Shown here: positions 1-11,131 of the stretch, one piece after another
Numbering within the stretch: position 1 is the first letter of the stretch
How the letters are laid out: each line of letters starts with the position of its first letter
NCBI GenBank assembly: GCA_002811645.1
Contig: PDIP01000005.1
Span: forward strand, 259,198-323,197
DNA length: 64,000 nt
DNA from: Corallochytrium limacisporum Hawaii
Taxonomy: Eukaryota; Protista; Pluriformea
Direction: 5' to 3'
Program-made: the position numbers and the translations under genes
Notes under the pieces: model-generated
Databases searched by the model: none
Seen by the model: only the letters and a program-made list of their open reading frames with translations
Told to the model about the DNA's origin: nothing

Positions 1-2303
1 TTCCGCAACTGTTGTTATCTTTGACATTGTATTGGCCGGCTCTACAATGTACAACTAGGCAATAATCGCAATTGGTCCTGCTTGCACACCTCTGCACTAA
101 ACATTCCACCGACAGGGATCAGTTCCGGAAATTCCCCGACTAGTCCCAGCCAACCTCCCGCAGAAACTTGGTTGTGGGCCAATAGACCGCAGTGGAGGAT
201 CCCTTCTGGTCCTCCCCCACCTGACCTTCTGTACTTTCACTGGGCCATTAGCCGAACGCCCAAGTATCCAGTAAATGACTATAACGAGATCTCATGATGA
301 AAAAGGATGAGACGTGTGAGGGCGGGTCTTAGGCCCCCCCCCCTTCGGCAGACTCCACGACCCCCTTCTTGCGGACAATTCTAATTACACCAATTGGTAT
401 GTTAGGGTAGCAGTTATATTCACCGCCGTTCGAGGTGGGTAACTCATGTTGAAAAACCCCTAAGAGTGCCTGTGGGGTGTTATCTCACCCTTGAAGAAAA
501 AAATTTTGGTAGCCAATGTTCTTTTGTAGCTGCCCTTGTTGGCAGTTGCACTGGCTATGGGCTCAAGAGATTCGGACGCTTCGTTCTTTTTGGTGCAGTA
601 TTATTGGAAAATTGACAAACCTTGGGGCCAGGAGTCTACTCCGCAGTTCGGAAATTCTTGAAGGAAGGGGAGGGGATTGTGGGCAACAGCCAGCGAACCT
701 GAGTGTAGCCCCAACGGCCATAGGAGCAGCCAGTTTCTGAGGCCATTTGTTCTGGCTGTCGTTTCAGGAGAACTCACCCGAACATGAATTTGTTGGGTCC
801 GTCGTACTTGGTGGCCAACGCTTATACCAACGATAGAAGATCCGGGCTCATGCTGAGCGTGTAACGAGGCAATTTCAAAGGCAAACGGTCTGCCACATTC
901 ATATAAATTGTACGCTGAGATTTCGCTGCGCCCGCAAATGCTGCAACCTGGCAGGTGAGGATTGCAATGATGGCTATGCCAGTTTATGAATTTAATGAGT
1001 TGGGTCGCAGATATTTTTTCTTAACATTGTGGTCCATGTGTAGGTCAATGGGCCCACCGTGCCACTCCCATTATCCATGTCACTCATGGAGTGTCTGCCG
1101 CAGCAGAAGGGAGCAACACGGAATGAAACTAACATTCCAGAAGACACCATACACTCAAGCACGTCAGCGAACGAAACATGCCCGTGACATGGTCAAGAAC
1201 GAAGCATAGTGTGTCCACCACTCTCTGCCCTGGCTGCTGCCACGATGTCGCTGTCGTGTCGGTTGGTAAACCCCGGGGCCCCACCCTCCTTGGTCTGGGC
1301 GTGGATGCGAACAAAACGAAAAAAAAAAGGAGGGGGAGAGGAACGTTGGCGATAGATGGGGACGACAAGGGAGGGAGAGGGGGGGGGTGCGCGGTAAAAT
1401 GGCGGGCGATGGATGAACTGACCCGCTAAGACCACCGATGAAATGAGCACCCATATTACGGAAACGACGCGCAATTTTTCAAGCGGGGACGCGGGCAGGA
1501 GACGGAGGGACAGGACTGTAGCGGGGACACGAACGGCTCCCCCGCCTTTCTCGCTTTAGCAAGCTACCAGTATCATACCCGGCAATGGATATATTTTGTA
1601 TTGCACCTGGGCTGGCGGGTTTTGCGAAATCTCCGTCACTACGTTGATGGATTTCACTCTGCTTATAAACGAGAACTGAGGCATAGGGGGATGATAGTCG
1701 CGCAGAATGTACTTTGAAAGTACGGGAAACCGGGGGGGGGGAACGTCATACTTGCAAAACCAAAACTTAAAAAAGGAAACAGGAAGGGAAGGATTTCAAG
1801 CATTTCGGATTGGGTGCCGGGGATGGTAACTGAATGTATGCAAGGGGTAGCCATTTGCGCATTGAGTTTTCCTTCTTATCTCACCGACTGGTTATCTCCC
1901 ACATCTCATACCCCCCCCCCTTGGGCCCTCACGAACCACTATCTGGTGCGAGTCTCCACGGCCCTTCGTCGTGGTACGCGAGCAAGCGGTAGTTTGGCTT
2001 GCAGTGATTTGGATAGGATTGCAAGCCTCTACGACATTCCTTTGGTTTCAAAATGCTGCCAGTAAAACAGGCACATGTAAGGTCGATGGTCGGACGCTCC
2101 ATTTTTATCGAACCAAAGAGTAAAGATACTTAGGAAGCTCGACTATTAAGACTGCAAAGCCCGTGCGCTGCATGTACGTTTGAACATACCTCGTAGCAGG
2201 TAACTTGTCTGTCGTTAGAAGAGTGTCTAATCATTTAGTGTACTACTGACTCCAAGTATGAGGAGGACAAAAAACTTGCCAGGACGCTAAGCAACAGAAC
2301 ACA

Positions 2304-5300
2304 ATGACAGTACCAAACCACCAGTCTACAATGAGCTCAAGGTCTGAGAAATCAGACCTCACTGCTGGTACCCTTACTGAGTCTATGGAGCGGCTTTCAC
2401 AGAACGGCAGGTCACATAGCCGTAAGTGGACCTTAAGACGGGCGCGTAGTAGCAGCAATAGCAAGAGCGCAGACGACATCCTGGAGTGTGGGTTGTCTGA
2501 GCAAGCATGCCAGGAAAGGTCCAATAGTTTGAAACAGGTGCAGTCATCGATTAGTGCCGACATCAGTGAGGTTGAGGAGAAACGTTCCCGCTCAGTTAGT
2601 CGTACGAGAGACCAAAAGCCTGGCTCCTCTGGATTTTGGCAGAAAGACGGATACATTCGATCCACATGGACGAGCACTTCAGTTTTGCTTGGACTCTGCA
2701 TCACGTTCTCATATGTGCTCGGAAGATGGGATGCTCACTGGGCGTTTGCAATTGGATTGGCATGCGCTTGTATGTGGGGAGTATATCGCCGTCGAGTTCG
2801 TCTCATGCGACGTATTGCCATCGATGAAAGACGGAAAGCACGAAGGAAGGCAATTATCACCGACTCGGAAAGCGTGGAATGGTTGAACGTATTCCTTGAA
2901 AAGTACTGGTACTTTTATGAGAGTCAACTGAGCAAAGGCCTTCGGGAAACGCTGGGCGGCACGATGAATGAATTCAAACCAGCCTTTGTGTCGAATTTCA
3001 ACTTCAAGACATTCTCACTCGGCGATATGGCACCACAGATTAAGAACATGCGGTGCATCCAGCGAGACACATTCGGTCAGAGCATCAGCAGAAAGAGAGT
3101 GGTCTTGGATTGTGATGCGTCGTTCTTGGCACCCAGAGCGGATCTGATTCTGCAAATTAAGACAGTAATTGGGTTCACCCTGCCGGTTGCAATCACTGAT
3201 GTTGTATGCACAGGTGTATTAAGGGTCGAGTTGGAGCTGGTGGACGAACCAATCCACATCAAGACAATTTCTGTGTGCTTCAAGGAAGAGGTACCTCCTG
3301 AAATTGACTTTTCTTTGGCCCCACTGTCCAGTATCAATCTCATGGATGTGCCAGGCCTAGCAGGTTGGATTCGTGGATCGATCATGGCGACTGTGGAAGA
3401 CACAATGATTGAGCCAGAACGTCTGACCATACCAATTATGGAAGACAAGGATGCCGCGGAAAATCAGGCTATGTACGCCTTAGGTGTGCTCATTATCAGT
3501 GTGGGCGGGGTCCACTGGAAGCACAGAAATAAGGGCGATAGCGTTTCATATCAACTTCGGCTCAAGCTTGGCCAGCAGAAGTTATATTCGGGATTCAAGC
3601 AAGGTGGTCCAGCAGGAGTACACTTTGACCACACGGAAGAGTTCGGATTCCTCATCAGCAAGACCTCCTTGCGACAGAGCATTGACATTGCCATTCTAGA
3701 AAAACATCGGAAGAGCCCTATTGTGCAGGGTCGGATTACTCTACAGGATCTCATAAAGAATGGGCAACAATCAGTCTCTCGTGATGCTAGGCCACTGATG
3801 GTAGATATGTCCGGTGATTTCCGTCTAAGTTACGAAGTCCTTACTGATCAAGACAAGCGGAAAAGCCAGCAGAGTGTTGAAAGACAGGAGCTTACGCGGC
3901 GATCGACGAATTCTGAGTTTGATCACCAGAATGAGCGGGCAAACGTGTACGACCACTACAACCGGAAGGAAAGAGAGAGTCCACTTGGAGCCATTGCAAC
4001 GCCAATGACACCGAGCGTACCCGCCTCCATCTTTGTTACCATTCACGATGGTGCCCATCTGCCTGCGATGGACCTGAATGGTAAGTCGGATCCGTATGTG
4101 GTGGTGAAGGCCAACCAAAAGATTGTGATGAAGACTAGGACGGTCAAAGAGACCTTATTCCCGAAATTCAACGAATCTTTTGAAATTTTGGCTGACGACT
4201 TAAGCGATGTCACTCTGAACTTTGAATGCTATGATCGGGATGACATTGGCAGTGACGACTTCATGGGAATGGTACATCTCCCGCTGCTGCAGCTTGTTGA
4301 AGAACAGAATTTTGTGTCTGGCCACAGGGTTCTTGAGCTGAAGGTTTCCAGTGACGTGCGTAAGCGGTCCCAGGGAGCCCGCGATCGGCCAACGCTCACC
4401 GTGTCAGTCGTCGTACGTCCGTTCCACCGCGAGAGCCACTTTGCGACCATTATTGATAGCAGGTACACTCACAAAGGATCAAAAAATGCAGGCACGGACG
4501 ACGACCACTCTGGTGCATTCTCCAAGGTTGGACAAGCGGCCAACAAAGTCTCTGCGGGTACTGGTAGAGTCGCTGGCGGGTTTGGAAAGGCAATTTTGAA
4601 GACATTGAGCGTGCCTGGACACCTGGGCAAGAAGCTAGGCAATGTGCTCTCCGGTAATGACGATGCGCGTATCTCCCACGTTGACTCTCCTTTGGAGGTA
4701 GCGGAGAAGATGGACCATAGCGGTATTCTGCACATCACTTATGACTCCCACGAAGTCGGTGAAAACCTGGCGGTACAGACCTATCAGTATTACCTGCAGG
4801 TAATGTGTGATGAGAGCATGATGGGCACGATTTCTTTAGATGAAAAGGCTAAACCAATTACTCTGGTCGTGCCCGACGAGGAGAAATCACAGGTCACACT
4901 CCGGTTATTGGCAAGTAGGGAGAACGCGTCCAAGTTGAACCAGGCGGTCATGTTCTACCCAGCCACCCTGCCCAAGGTGACCCAGTATGGGGGACCCGAT
5001 GGTGGCCAGGAGCAGTTGAACTTCAGCAAATCCAACGCTCTGTCGGCTACGTCATTGACCAACTACCTCGCTGGTAGTGATTTGGACAAAACTGGCGAGC
5101 CCCTAGAAGATTGTGTGACTGTTTCGTTGAATTTGGAGTACACTGCCTGCGTAGATATGGAGGAACACGAAAAGGAAGCCTTGGGCGAGGAAGTGCTGCG
5201 TCTGCTGCCGCGCCGAAGCAGTCTTTATAGCGCAGCTCAGAGCAGCCACAGATCTACGAGTCCACGTAGTCAGATCTCTGGGGAATCCATTGCTGAACGC

Positions 5301-5864
5301 AACGAGGACGACAACGACGGCAAGGACGATGGCAATCACGCAGCCCTGATGGATGTCAACTCCAGGGAAACGAGATCAATTAGCAACAAGTTCAGGCAGA
5401 CTATCTTCCGGAACAAATCTCCGACTAGCAATGGCAAGGTCAAGAGCCCAAAGCGGAAGTCATCCAGCGTTTCGGACCGAGGCATGTACTCAGCTGGGTT
5501 GAGTGAGGAGACCCCGGGAGGGACTCTGATAATACAACGTGGCAAGGAGCTCGTCAAGAAAGAAGGAGATTCGGTTTATCTCAAGATCTTGCAGGGCAAG
5601 AAGACACTACAGAAGAGCATGGTCACCGGCCCGAATCAGAGTGGAGAGTATGTGTTCAACACCAAGGTAAAAATCCCACGCCATGATCACGGCCAGATCA
5701 TGGTCGAGGTTTACAGGCATCACAGTGTGCGACGGGAGGAGCGCATCTGTGGTACACTGGTTGACTTTTTGGAACAAATGATTGAAGACGGTGACAAAGC
5801 TCAAGAGATCAAATTGGACAAGGAAGCTGCATTGCTGATGATGCAGTACATCCCAGACATGTAA
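2304..5864 (+). CDS. Extended synaptotagmin/tricalbin-like ER-PM tether (membrane hairpin, SMP domain, C2 domains)
   Basis: 1186-aa ORF. Hydrophobic hairpin (VLLGLCITFSYVLG...WAFAIGLACACMWGVY), SMP-domain start ESVEWLNVFLEKYW and FSLGDMAPQI, Ca2+-type C2 motif DLNGKSDPYV...YDRDDIGSDDFMG. Confidence 0.88.
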   Translation: MTVPNHQSTMSSRSEKSDLTAGTLTESMERLSQNGRSHSRKWTLRRARSSSNSKSADDILECGLSEQACQERSNSLKQVQSSISADISEVEEKRSRSVSRTRDQKPGSSGFWQKDGYIRSTWTSTSVLLGLCITFSYVLGRWDAHWAFAIGLACACMWGVYRRRVRLMRRIAIDERRKARRKAIITDSESVEWLNVFLEKYWYFYESQLSKGLRETLGGTMNEFKPAFVSNFNFKTFSLGDMAPQIKNMRCIQRDTFGQSISRKRVVLDCDASFLAPRADLILQIKTVIGFTLPVAITDVVCTGVLRVELELVDEPIHIKTISVCFKEEVPPEIDFSLAPLSSINLMDVPGLAGWIRGSIMATVEDTMIEPERLTIPIMEDKDAAENQAMYALGVLIISVGGVHWKHRNKGDSVSYQLRLKLGQQKLYSGFKQGGPAGVHFDHTEEFGFLISKTSLRQSIDIAILEKHRKSPIVQGRITLQDLIKNGQQSVSRDARPLMVDMSGDFRLSYEVLTDQDKRKSQQSVERQELTRRSTNSEFDHQNERANVYDHYNRKERESPLGAIATPMTPSVPASIFVTIHDGAHLPAMDLNGKSDPYVVVKANQKIVMKTRTVKETLFPKFNESFEILADDLSDVTLNFECYDRDDIGSDDFMGMVHLPLLQLVEEQNFVSGHRVLELKVSSDVRKRSQGARDRPTLTVSVVVRPFHRESHFATIIDSRYTHKGSKNAGTDDDHSGAFSKVGQAANKVSAGTGRVAGGFGKAILKTLSVPGHLGKKLGNVLSGNDDARISHVDSPLEVAEKMDHSGILHITYDSHEVGENLAVQTYQYYLQVMCDESMMGTISLDEKAKPITLVVPDEEKSQVTLRLLASRENASKLNQAVMFYPATLPKVTQYGGPDGGQEQLNFSKSNALSATSLTNYLAGSDLDKTGEPLEDCVTVSLNLEYTACVDMEEHEKEALGEEVLRLLPRRSSLYSAAQSSHRSTSPRSQISGESIAERNEDDNDGKDDGNHAALMDVNSRETRSISNKFRQTIFRNKSPTSNGKVKSPKRKSSSVSDRGMYSAGLSEETPGGTLIIQRGKELVKKEGDSVYLKILQGKKTLQKSMVTGPNQSGEYVFNTKVKIPRHDHGQIMVEVYRHHSVRREERICGTLVDFLEQMIEDGDKAQEIKLDKEAALLMMQYIPDM

Positions 5865-6025
5865 TGAATAGAAAATTCCATGTGCATAACTGTTTTGCTT
5901 TCTTTAATCGATGATGTTTGATGGGAGTTCCCGTGTTGCCCTGCATGTGGTATTGCTAATGGATGTTGTCACGCCACATACCAGGGTGACAGGCTTGAAG
6001 CAAGTAGCCGTTACGGTCTAATCAC

Positions 6026-7054
6026 TCAAGACTCACGTTTGGGACCCCGAGGCGGCGTCTGAGGCCTACCCTGCTGTGTTTGATCGTAACCAAACTTGGT
6101 CTTGCGAGTAGCTGGCTTGAGGATCTGGAAAGAACACATCAAGCTCTCATCAATGCTCATCATGGCACCTGCATTGTCGAATTCGCCACAATAATTCGGT
6201 GCGCTGAAGAGCGTTACCAGTTGACGACGGGCAAAGAATTCATACCCATCTTCCACGACCTGATGGGCCCGACAGATCAGGTCCATATCGAACTTGGCCA
6301 AAAATTGTTGCACGACCTTAGGTCCGAAAGTGAAGCTCACACCACGATCATTCTCGCCGTACTCTACTGTATCCTTGTCTGGATCACTCCAGAGGAGATC
6401 ACACAATAGTCCACTGTCGGGAACGTCAGTGGGACGGATGATGCGCTTGATTGCATCCAGGCTCTGCAGATCTGGACTCAGGCCTCCATGACAGCAAAAG
6501 ATCTTTTCATCGATGCTACAGGCAATGGGCAGACAATTGAAGCAGTCGGTGAAGGTCTTCCAAAGCTTAATATTGTACCGCCGCTTACATTCATCGTAGA
6601 ACCCGTAAATTCTGTTGATACTCGCACACTCGTGATTTCCACGAAGCAAGAAAAAGTTTTCCGGGTACTTGATCTTGTAGGCCAACAGGAGGCAGATAGT
6701 CTCCAGACTTTGTTTACCCCGATCAACATAGTCTCCAAGGAATAAGTAATTTGCCTCTGGTGGGAACCCCCCGTACTCAAACAGACGCAGGAGATCGTAG
6801 TATTGTCCATGGATGTCACCACAGACCTTCAAAGGAGCTTCCAGTTCTAAAAAGGCGGGTTGGCTTTGGAAAATTTCCCGTGCCTTCAGGCAGAGCCCCC
6901 TCACTTCTTTCTCCAACAATTGGACTTGTTTACCAGGTCGTGCTCCACGCACCTCAAGCAAACGGGAAATTATGGAATCGACGTCAATATCGAACTCGTT
7001 GGAGGTGCCTTCGGAGCTCTTCTTGCCCTTGTCTGTATCGCTGCTTTCAGACAT
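6026..7054 (-). CDS. PPP1C: Serine/threonine protein phosphatase 1 catalytic subunit
   Basis: PPP motifs GDIHGQ, GDYVDRG, RGNHE and SAPNYC. C-terminal RPQTPPR matches the CDK inhibitory site of PP1. Confidence 0.98.
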   Translation of the reverse strand: MSESSDTDKGKKSSEGTSNEFDIDVDSIISRLLEVRGARPGKQVQLLEKEVRGLCLKAREIFQSQPAFLELEAPLKVCGDIHGQYYDLLRLFEYGGFPPEANYLFLGDYVDRGKQSLETICLLLAYKIKYPENFFLLRGNHECASINRIYGFYDECKRRYNIKLWKTFTDCFNCLPIACSIDEKIFCCHGGLSPDLQSLDAIKRIIRPTDVPDSGLLCDLLWSDPDKDTVEYGENDRGVSFTFGPKVVQQFLAKFDMDLICRAHQVVEDGYEFFARRQLVTLFSAPNYCGEFDNAGAMMSIDESLMCSFQILKPATRKTKFGYDQTQQGRPQTPPRGPKRES

Positions 7055-7940
7055 TGTGTCTTATTTTGTATTGTCTATATGTGATAATCTTCTATGGATG
7101 AATTAGTCACGTTGATTAGCCGATAAAATTCGAACTATGAATGTGCCTCTTGCCTGTGTCAGCAAAACAATAAACTTCCTAATTTGATTCTTTAATTACT
7201 TCCGACCCAAACAGTCAAACTCCCAGAATCAAGTGGCAATACGGTCTTTCTACCTACTTACACACAATTGTAGGGTACCCAACAGCCTCACAGTAATGTG
7301 AAATGCGTGTACTGCGCCGATCCATTCCGGTTCCCTTCTAAAATACCTTCCCGAAGCCGCCTCCTTCGGGGTTGTTACCGGCAATTCTAGTGAACCGTTG
7401 GGCGCCAAACTCAACCAATGGCTGACCACCAGGCGAGCACTGGCAGTGGTGGTAGCTGTGATATGCGGGCCGGAGACGCAGAGAGAGCGCCAAGAACAGA
7501 ACCCCCTTTAGTGTGTCCGCCTTCGACCCTCCTCGAAATATTTTTTTCGTCCTTCTCTGCCAGCGCCGTTGGCCTTGGAAATATTGGCTGTTCGGTAGTG
7601 AAAGTACAGACACAGCGACCCCCACAACATTATTTAGCACTTTCACTATAGAAACCGATTGAGGACTCTGTATTTTGTATACTTACGGTTTTGAAATTGA
7701 GTGGTCTTCCGAACGCTGTAGTTGGCATGAAAGATCTTGCCCAGCCATCGCACAGCCGTAGACAGAAGGCACAAGATGGTAAACAGTAGATTGATGGAAA
7801 CATGTGCTATACGACAGCATACATGGACTTTTAGCCAGGAATATTTTATTATATATATGTGTGATGTATTGTGAAAGTGTTTGCACTGAAGAATAGAACG
7901 ATATAGTTTATGATACCTTGATTGACGGATGCTCTCGCAT

Positions 7941-8558
7941 TTACCTAAGACCGGGCTTATTGTACCAAAGGAAGTTGTTGAGATTGTCATACTTCTCACT
8001 GTCATGATACAGGTAGTCCATCGATGCACGAAGCGAAGGCTGCAGTGTACCGGGCTCAAACTCGAACAGCCACATAACGATGGCCCACACAAGAGATGCG
8101 AAGATGGGGTGCGAGTCGCCGTCTGGGGTGGCAAGAACCCCACGACGTTTCGCGGTCCGGATCAGACCAAAGATAATGCGAGAGAACAAGTACATATTGA
8201 TCTGGTTATTCACGTTGTTGTTCTCGCCGAACACGTAATAGCCTCCGATTAAACCAGCTACGAATGGATGCCACTCCTGCATTTTCTCCACTCCTGTGAC
8301 CTTGCGAAGCGCCAAATTAAGAGTCTTGTAGATAAAGACAAAAGTACCCAGGTTCCTTGCATGCTGTTTGGTAGCCCTGAAGATGCCACGGGCCATCTGC
8401 TGCAAGTTGCCAGACTTGAACAGCAGAGTCATGACCAGGGCATGGGGGAAACGGATCTTAATACCGTAGACCAAACCATTGCGGACACCCTTTACGAGGT
8501 TCAAGATGTCGCGGTAAGGCCCCGGGTTAGCCAGGAGACTATTGAATGCTTCCGCCAT
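7941..8558 (-). CDS. PXMP4: Peroxisomal membrane protein 4 (Tim17-like family)
   Basis: KGVRNGLVYGIKIRFPHALVMT, ATKQHARNL, NQINMYLFSR, TLQPSLRASMDYLYHDS. Confidence 0.93.
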   Translation of the reverse strand: MAEAFNSLLANPGPYRDILNLVKGVRNGLVYGIKIRFPHALVMTLLFKSGNLQQMARGIFRATKQHARNLGTFVFIYKTLNLALRKVTGVEKMQEWHPFVAGLIGGYYVFGENNNVNNQINMYLFSRIIFGLIRTAKRRGVLATPDGDSHPIFASLVWAIVMWLFEFEPGTLQPSLRASMDYLYHDSEKYDNLNNFLWYNKPGLR

Positions 8559-9790
8559 TTTGGTTCAGTTTCTGTTGAGTCGGTTATAAACGGTTTCCTT
8601 ATTTAGATCCCTCACACGTATGCACACCATACAACCTAAACTTTATAGACTAGACCCTGCTCACATACTGTTGCGAAACCAGTTCATCTTAAGTACTGGT
8701 CGAATGCAGTCCTTACCCGGTCCACTATCCAACTGTGAATACAAGTAAACCACTTCACGCCACTGGCTATTACAAGGCAGTAGGGGCCCAGTGGAACCCG
8801 TGCACAGTCCTTTAAAATGGCGTGCGGCAAAAGAGCCACTTTCTTGAGGGTCACGTTGGTGCCGGGCCATTTCACGGCCAGCAAACTTTGCGGAGCGCCG
8901 ACGGGTGCGGCGCCAATAGTTCCGCACGCTAAGCACCGAACCCGGCTCACGGCCGAGGTGAAAGGGGGGACACCAGACCCAGACAATGAAAAATCTGGGA
9001 CGAAATGAATGGCCAGGGGCCACCTATTTTTAGCAAATTGATCCCACGACTGCTTTCCATCAGTTAGAAGGAAGGAACGGTCCGTGAACATGAGATGACC
9101 CGACCCGTCCCTTCTTCCGTGTGTTCACTATGGAGACCTGTCCAAGACGGGGGGTATTTGGGTACATTCACTATGGATTTTAGTGACATACGGAGGACTT
9201 ATATATCTTCCACCAGAAAAAACACACATACACAGGCACACACACAATTTTCCCCACAGCAAAACTTTTGAAAGAAACACCAGCGACAGAATATTACTAA
9301 TTCGGCCTCCTGGCTCTGCCCCTAGTTCATACATTATATATGGATCCGTGTGCCTCCATCGTTTCATACATAATGTTCCCGTTATATAGTAAATGTACCG
9401 CATCCTGGTTCTGTACTGGACGGATTCGCCGTTCCTCGGGCCATTGTCTATAGCAAGAACGCGTGGGGCAGTACTCAGAGGATGGGCCGCTGTGTAACCC
9501 ACAGTACCTGCTATACACAGTCGAGGCAGAATCCAATGCGAATTGGAGTGCAATGCCGACTAGATGGCAGGACTACGCTAGTCTTCCTCGTTACAGTGGT
9601 GATACAGTCATGCAAAGGCCATATTACGGCTTGTCTGACTCACTGTAGTGCTATAAAACTAGTCCTGCGGTGTACATATTCCATAACTTACGATTTGTAT
9701 TTAAGGAAAAGTGCATCATTAGTTTGGTCGGTCCTTAGCGGATACATCCATACTTAACCTTCCTAATTCTTTTTTGAATATCTTTTCAAT

Positions 9791-10581
9791 ATGCCTCCTA
9801 AGTTCGATCCCAATGAGATCAAGGTGAGTAAGTATATAGATAATTGTAACAAAATTATTCAGCGAGAAGGTTTTTATGCAATGAAGAATGGAAAGAGCTC
9901 GGAATGTATGTCAGAACATCAGCTCATATAATCATGGGGTGTTGGACACAAGAAGTACATGGTCATGTATGCATTGTAGACGGGTTGAATTAAACCTACA
10001 CCTCCCATTCGGCTCTGGATGAAGCCTCTCTATTGAATGATAGAATTTAACTCTCGGGTAGCGATCACGATATACTAACATTGGTTTATAATTTCCCCCT
10101 TAATTTTTTCCTTTCTACAGTCTACCTTCGCTGCACTGGTGGTGAAGTTGGTGCCACTTCTGCTCTGGCCCCCAAGATCGGTCCTCTTGGTCTGTCCCCT
10201 AAGAAGGTCGGTGAGGACATCGCCAAGGCCACCAAGGACTGGAAGGGTCTGCGTGTGACCGTCTCTCTGACCATCCAGAATCGTCAGGCTAAGGTTGCCG
10301 TGGTCCCATCTGCCTCTTCTCTGGTCATTCGTGCTCTGAAGGAGCCTGTGCGTGACCGCAAGAAGGAGAAGAACATCCTTCACAACGGTAACATCGCCAT
10401 GGATGATATCTACGACATTGCCCGCACCATGCGCCCCCGCTCCATGGCCCGCGAGTTCAGTGGTACCTGCAAGGAGATCCTTGGTACTGCCCAGTCTGTG
10501 GGCTGCACCGTTGACGGCAAGCACCCCCACGACATCATCGACGCCATTAACTCTGGCGACCATGTGTGCCCCTCCGAGTAA
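9791..10581 (+). CDS. RPL12: 60S ribosomal protein L12 (uL11); two exons, 9791-9827 and 10121-10581 (165 aa)
   Basis: Exon 1 encodes [12 protein letters not shown] plus one base, which joins TC to give [24 protein letters not shown]. Exon lengths 37+461=498 nt restore the full frame. The ORF-track start at 10081 lies in the intron. Confidence 0.97.
9828..10120 (+). other. Spliceosomal intron of RPL12 (293 nt, phase 1)
   Basis: GTAAGT donor at 9828, TACTAAC branch point at 10073-10079, pyrimidine tract, and CTACAG acceptor ending at 10120. Confidence 0.93.
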
Positions 10582-11131
10582 AGAATATCACTCCCCTTGC
10601 GTCAAACATAGTCTTTATTATTACATTCCTACATCTGTACATCCAGCAGTCCGGCTATTGTTGTGATTGTGGCATGCTCCGAATTCAGTCTCCATGTCCC
10701 GTGAACCAAGACCAGATTGCATAGACCGGCATGCCATTGACTAAGTCATTGGGTTCTTCGTTTATCCCCCTTCTTTTGCCCTTGCCTCCTTCCGCCGCCG
10801 CTGCTACTCTCCTCCCCTACTCCGCGCGCAGCTGCGCGGGTTTTTCCTTAGTGGAGTACGGCTACCGATGAGAGCGCCCCGGGTGCTAGGGGAAGACGGG
10901 AACACAGCTTAAGGAAGCTAAGTACTGCGAGTTTGGATGTTTGTTATGGTATTTATTAAATCTACATGGATTGTTTTCTTACATAAGACTCTGCTTGTAC
11001 TGTTTGGTTCATGAAATAGTTCGTGCGAATCAGTATTCTCGTTCAAAGCGTTCGTTGAACTCGTTTATATGGCAACAGTATTAATTGCTCCAATGGTTGG
11101 ATAGCAACAGACACATATCTCTAATACAATC

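Noticed and set aside
9828-10120. Possible snoRNA within the RPL12 intron
   Set aside because: No clean C box (RUGAUGA) and D box (CUGA) pair or clear H/ACA hairpins could be identified by eye.
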